NCBI RefSeq assembly: GCF_001194135.2
Contig: NC_068997.1
Coordinates: forward strand, 23,779,371 to 23,833,893
Direction: 5' to 3'
Length of the DNA: 54,523 bases
DNA from: Octopus bimaculoides
Taxonomy: Eukaryota
Under the pieces are notes generated by a model that did no database searches, was not told the DNA's origin, and was given only the letters and a program-made list of their open reading frames with translations. Both the position numbers and the translations under genes were made by a program. Shown here piece by piece: positions 53,824 through 54,523 of the stretch (position 1 is the stretch's first letter; the number at the start of each line of letters is the position of its first letter).

Positions 53824-54523
53824 AGACAAGTGTTTGAAGCTTTTTAAATAGTATAATTTGCATCCCCATTTCTGTTATGTTTCGTGTTTATGAAATGCAA
53901 GAGAAATTTTAAGTAATTAACAACATAAAGCTCACCTCAAAACACAGCTGGTGGGATTCGAAACCATGAGAAAAATCCATTAATTAAATGAGAAAAGATA
54001 ATTATTTTATTTCCCAGTGGAATGAAATAATTATGTCTTTCAATATCCACTTACTTTTTTTCATATTTTGACTTATTTGATTTTTGATTTATTATTATTT
54101 TTTATTAGATATTTTTGGCATATTTATATACTTTTATTTCTGTTCGCTGTGTGCTTTTAACTTTTAATACTTAAACTTTTAAATATTAAAGCTTTCGCTA
54201 CATATATGTTATACTCTGTCTTAATTCTGCTATCTATTAATCATATTTATCTCACCCTCTCACTATCTCACTTTCTTTCTCTCTTTCTCCCTGTATCTTA
54301 ATCTATCATGTAACTCGTTCAAACACTCACGTACATAGAAGTACATACACACATATTCATACGCATACAAAAATTATAACTACATAGACATACAAATACA
54401 TACATACAAATATATATATATGCTTACGTAATTTGAGCGGCATATGTTTCAGTATAGATAGATATATACATATAAGTACACGATGTACAATTTTACTATA
54501 TATATATGTATATATATATATAT

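Overview
AT-rich, gap-riddled eukaryotic DNA dominated by microsatellites and retroelement debris. The repeat landscape and SINE families look like an octopod (Octopus-type) draft assembly; that is inference, not a search result. There is no intact multi-exon gene, operon or CRISPR array, and almost all ORF-track entries come from N-runs or simple repeats. Well supported: an RTE/BovB-like LINE RT fragment (1-1095); two RTE 3' ends with tandem C2H2 fingers; an internally inverted R4/Dong-like RLE-LINE fragment (22.0-22.4 kb); and more than 20 tRNA-derived SINE copies, including a dense mixed-orientation cluster at 42-50 kb with TSDs, nesting and a fold-back. Most interesting: two homologous, complementarily degenerate type I hammerhead-ribozyme motifs (9.1 and 33.5 kb), probably Penelope/retrozyme-like. 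Tentative: a + strand signal-peptide exon (39420-39468), a strong stop-containing 45-nt exon (30096-30140), and phase-compatible small exons on the - strand at 3.6-8.4 kb.
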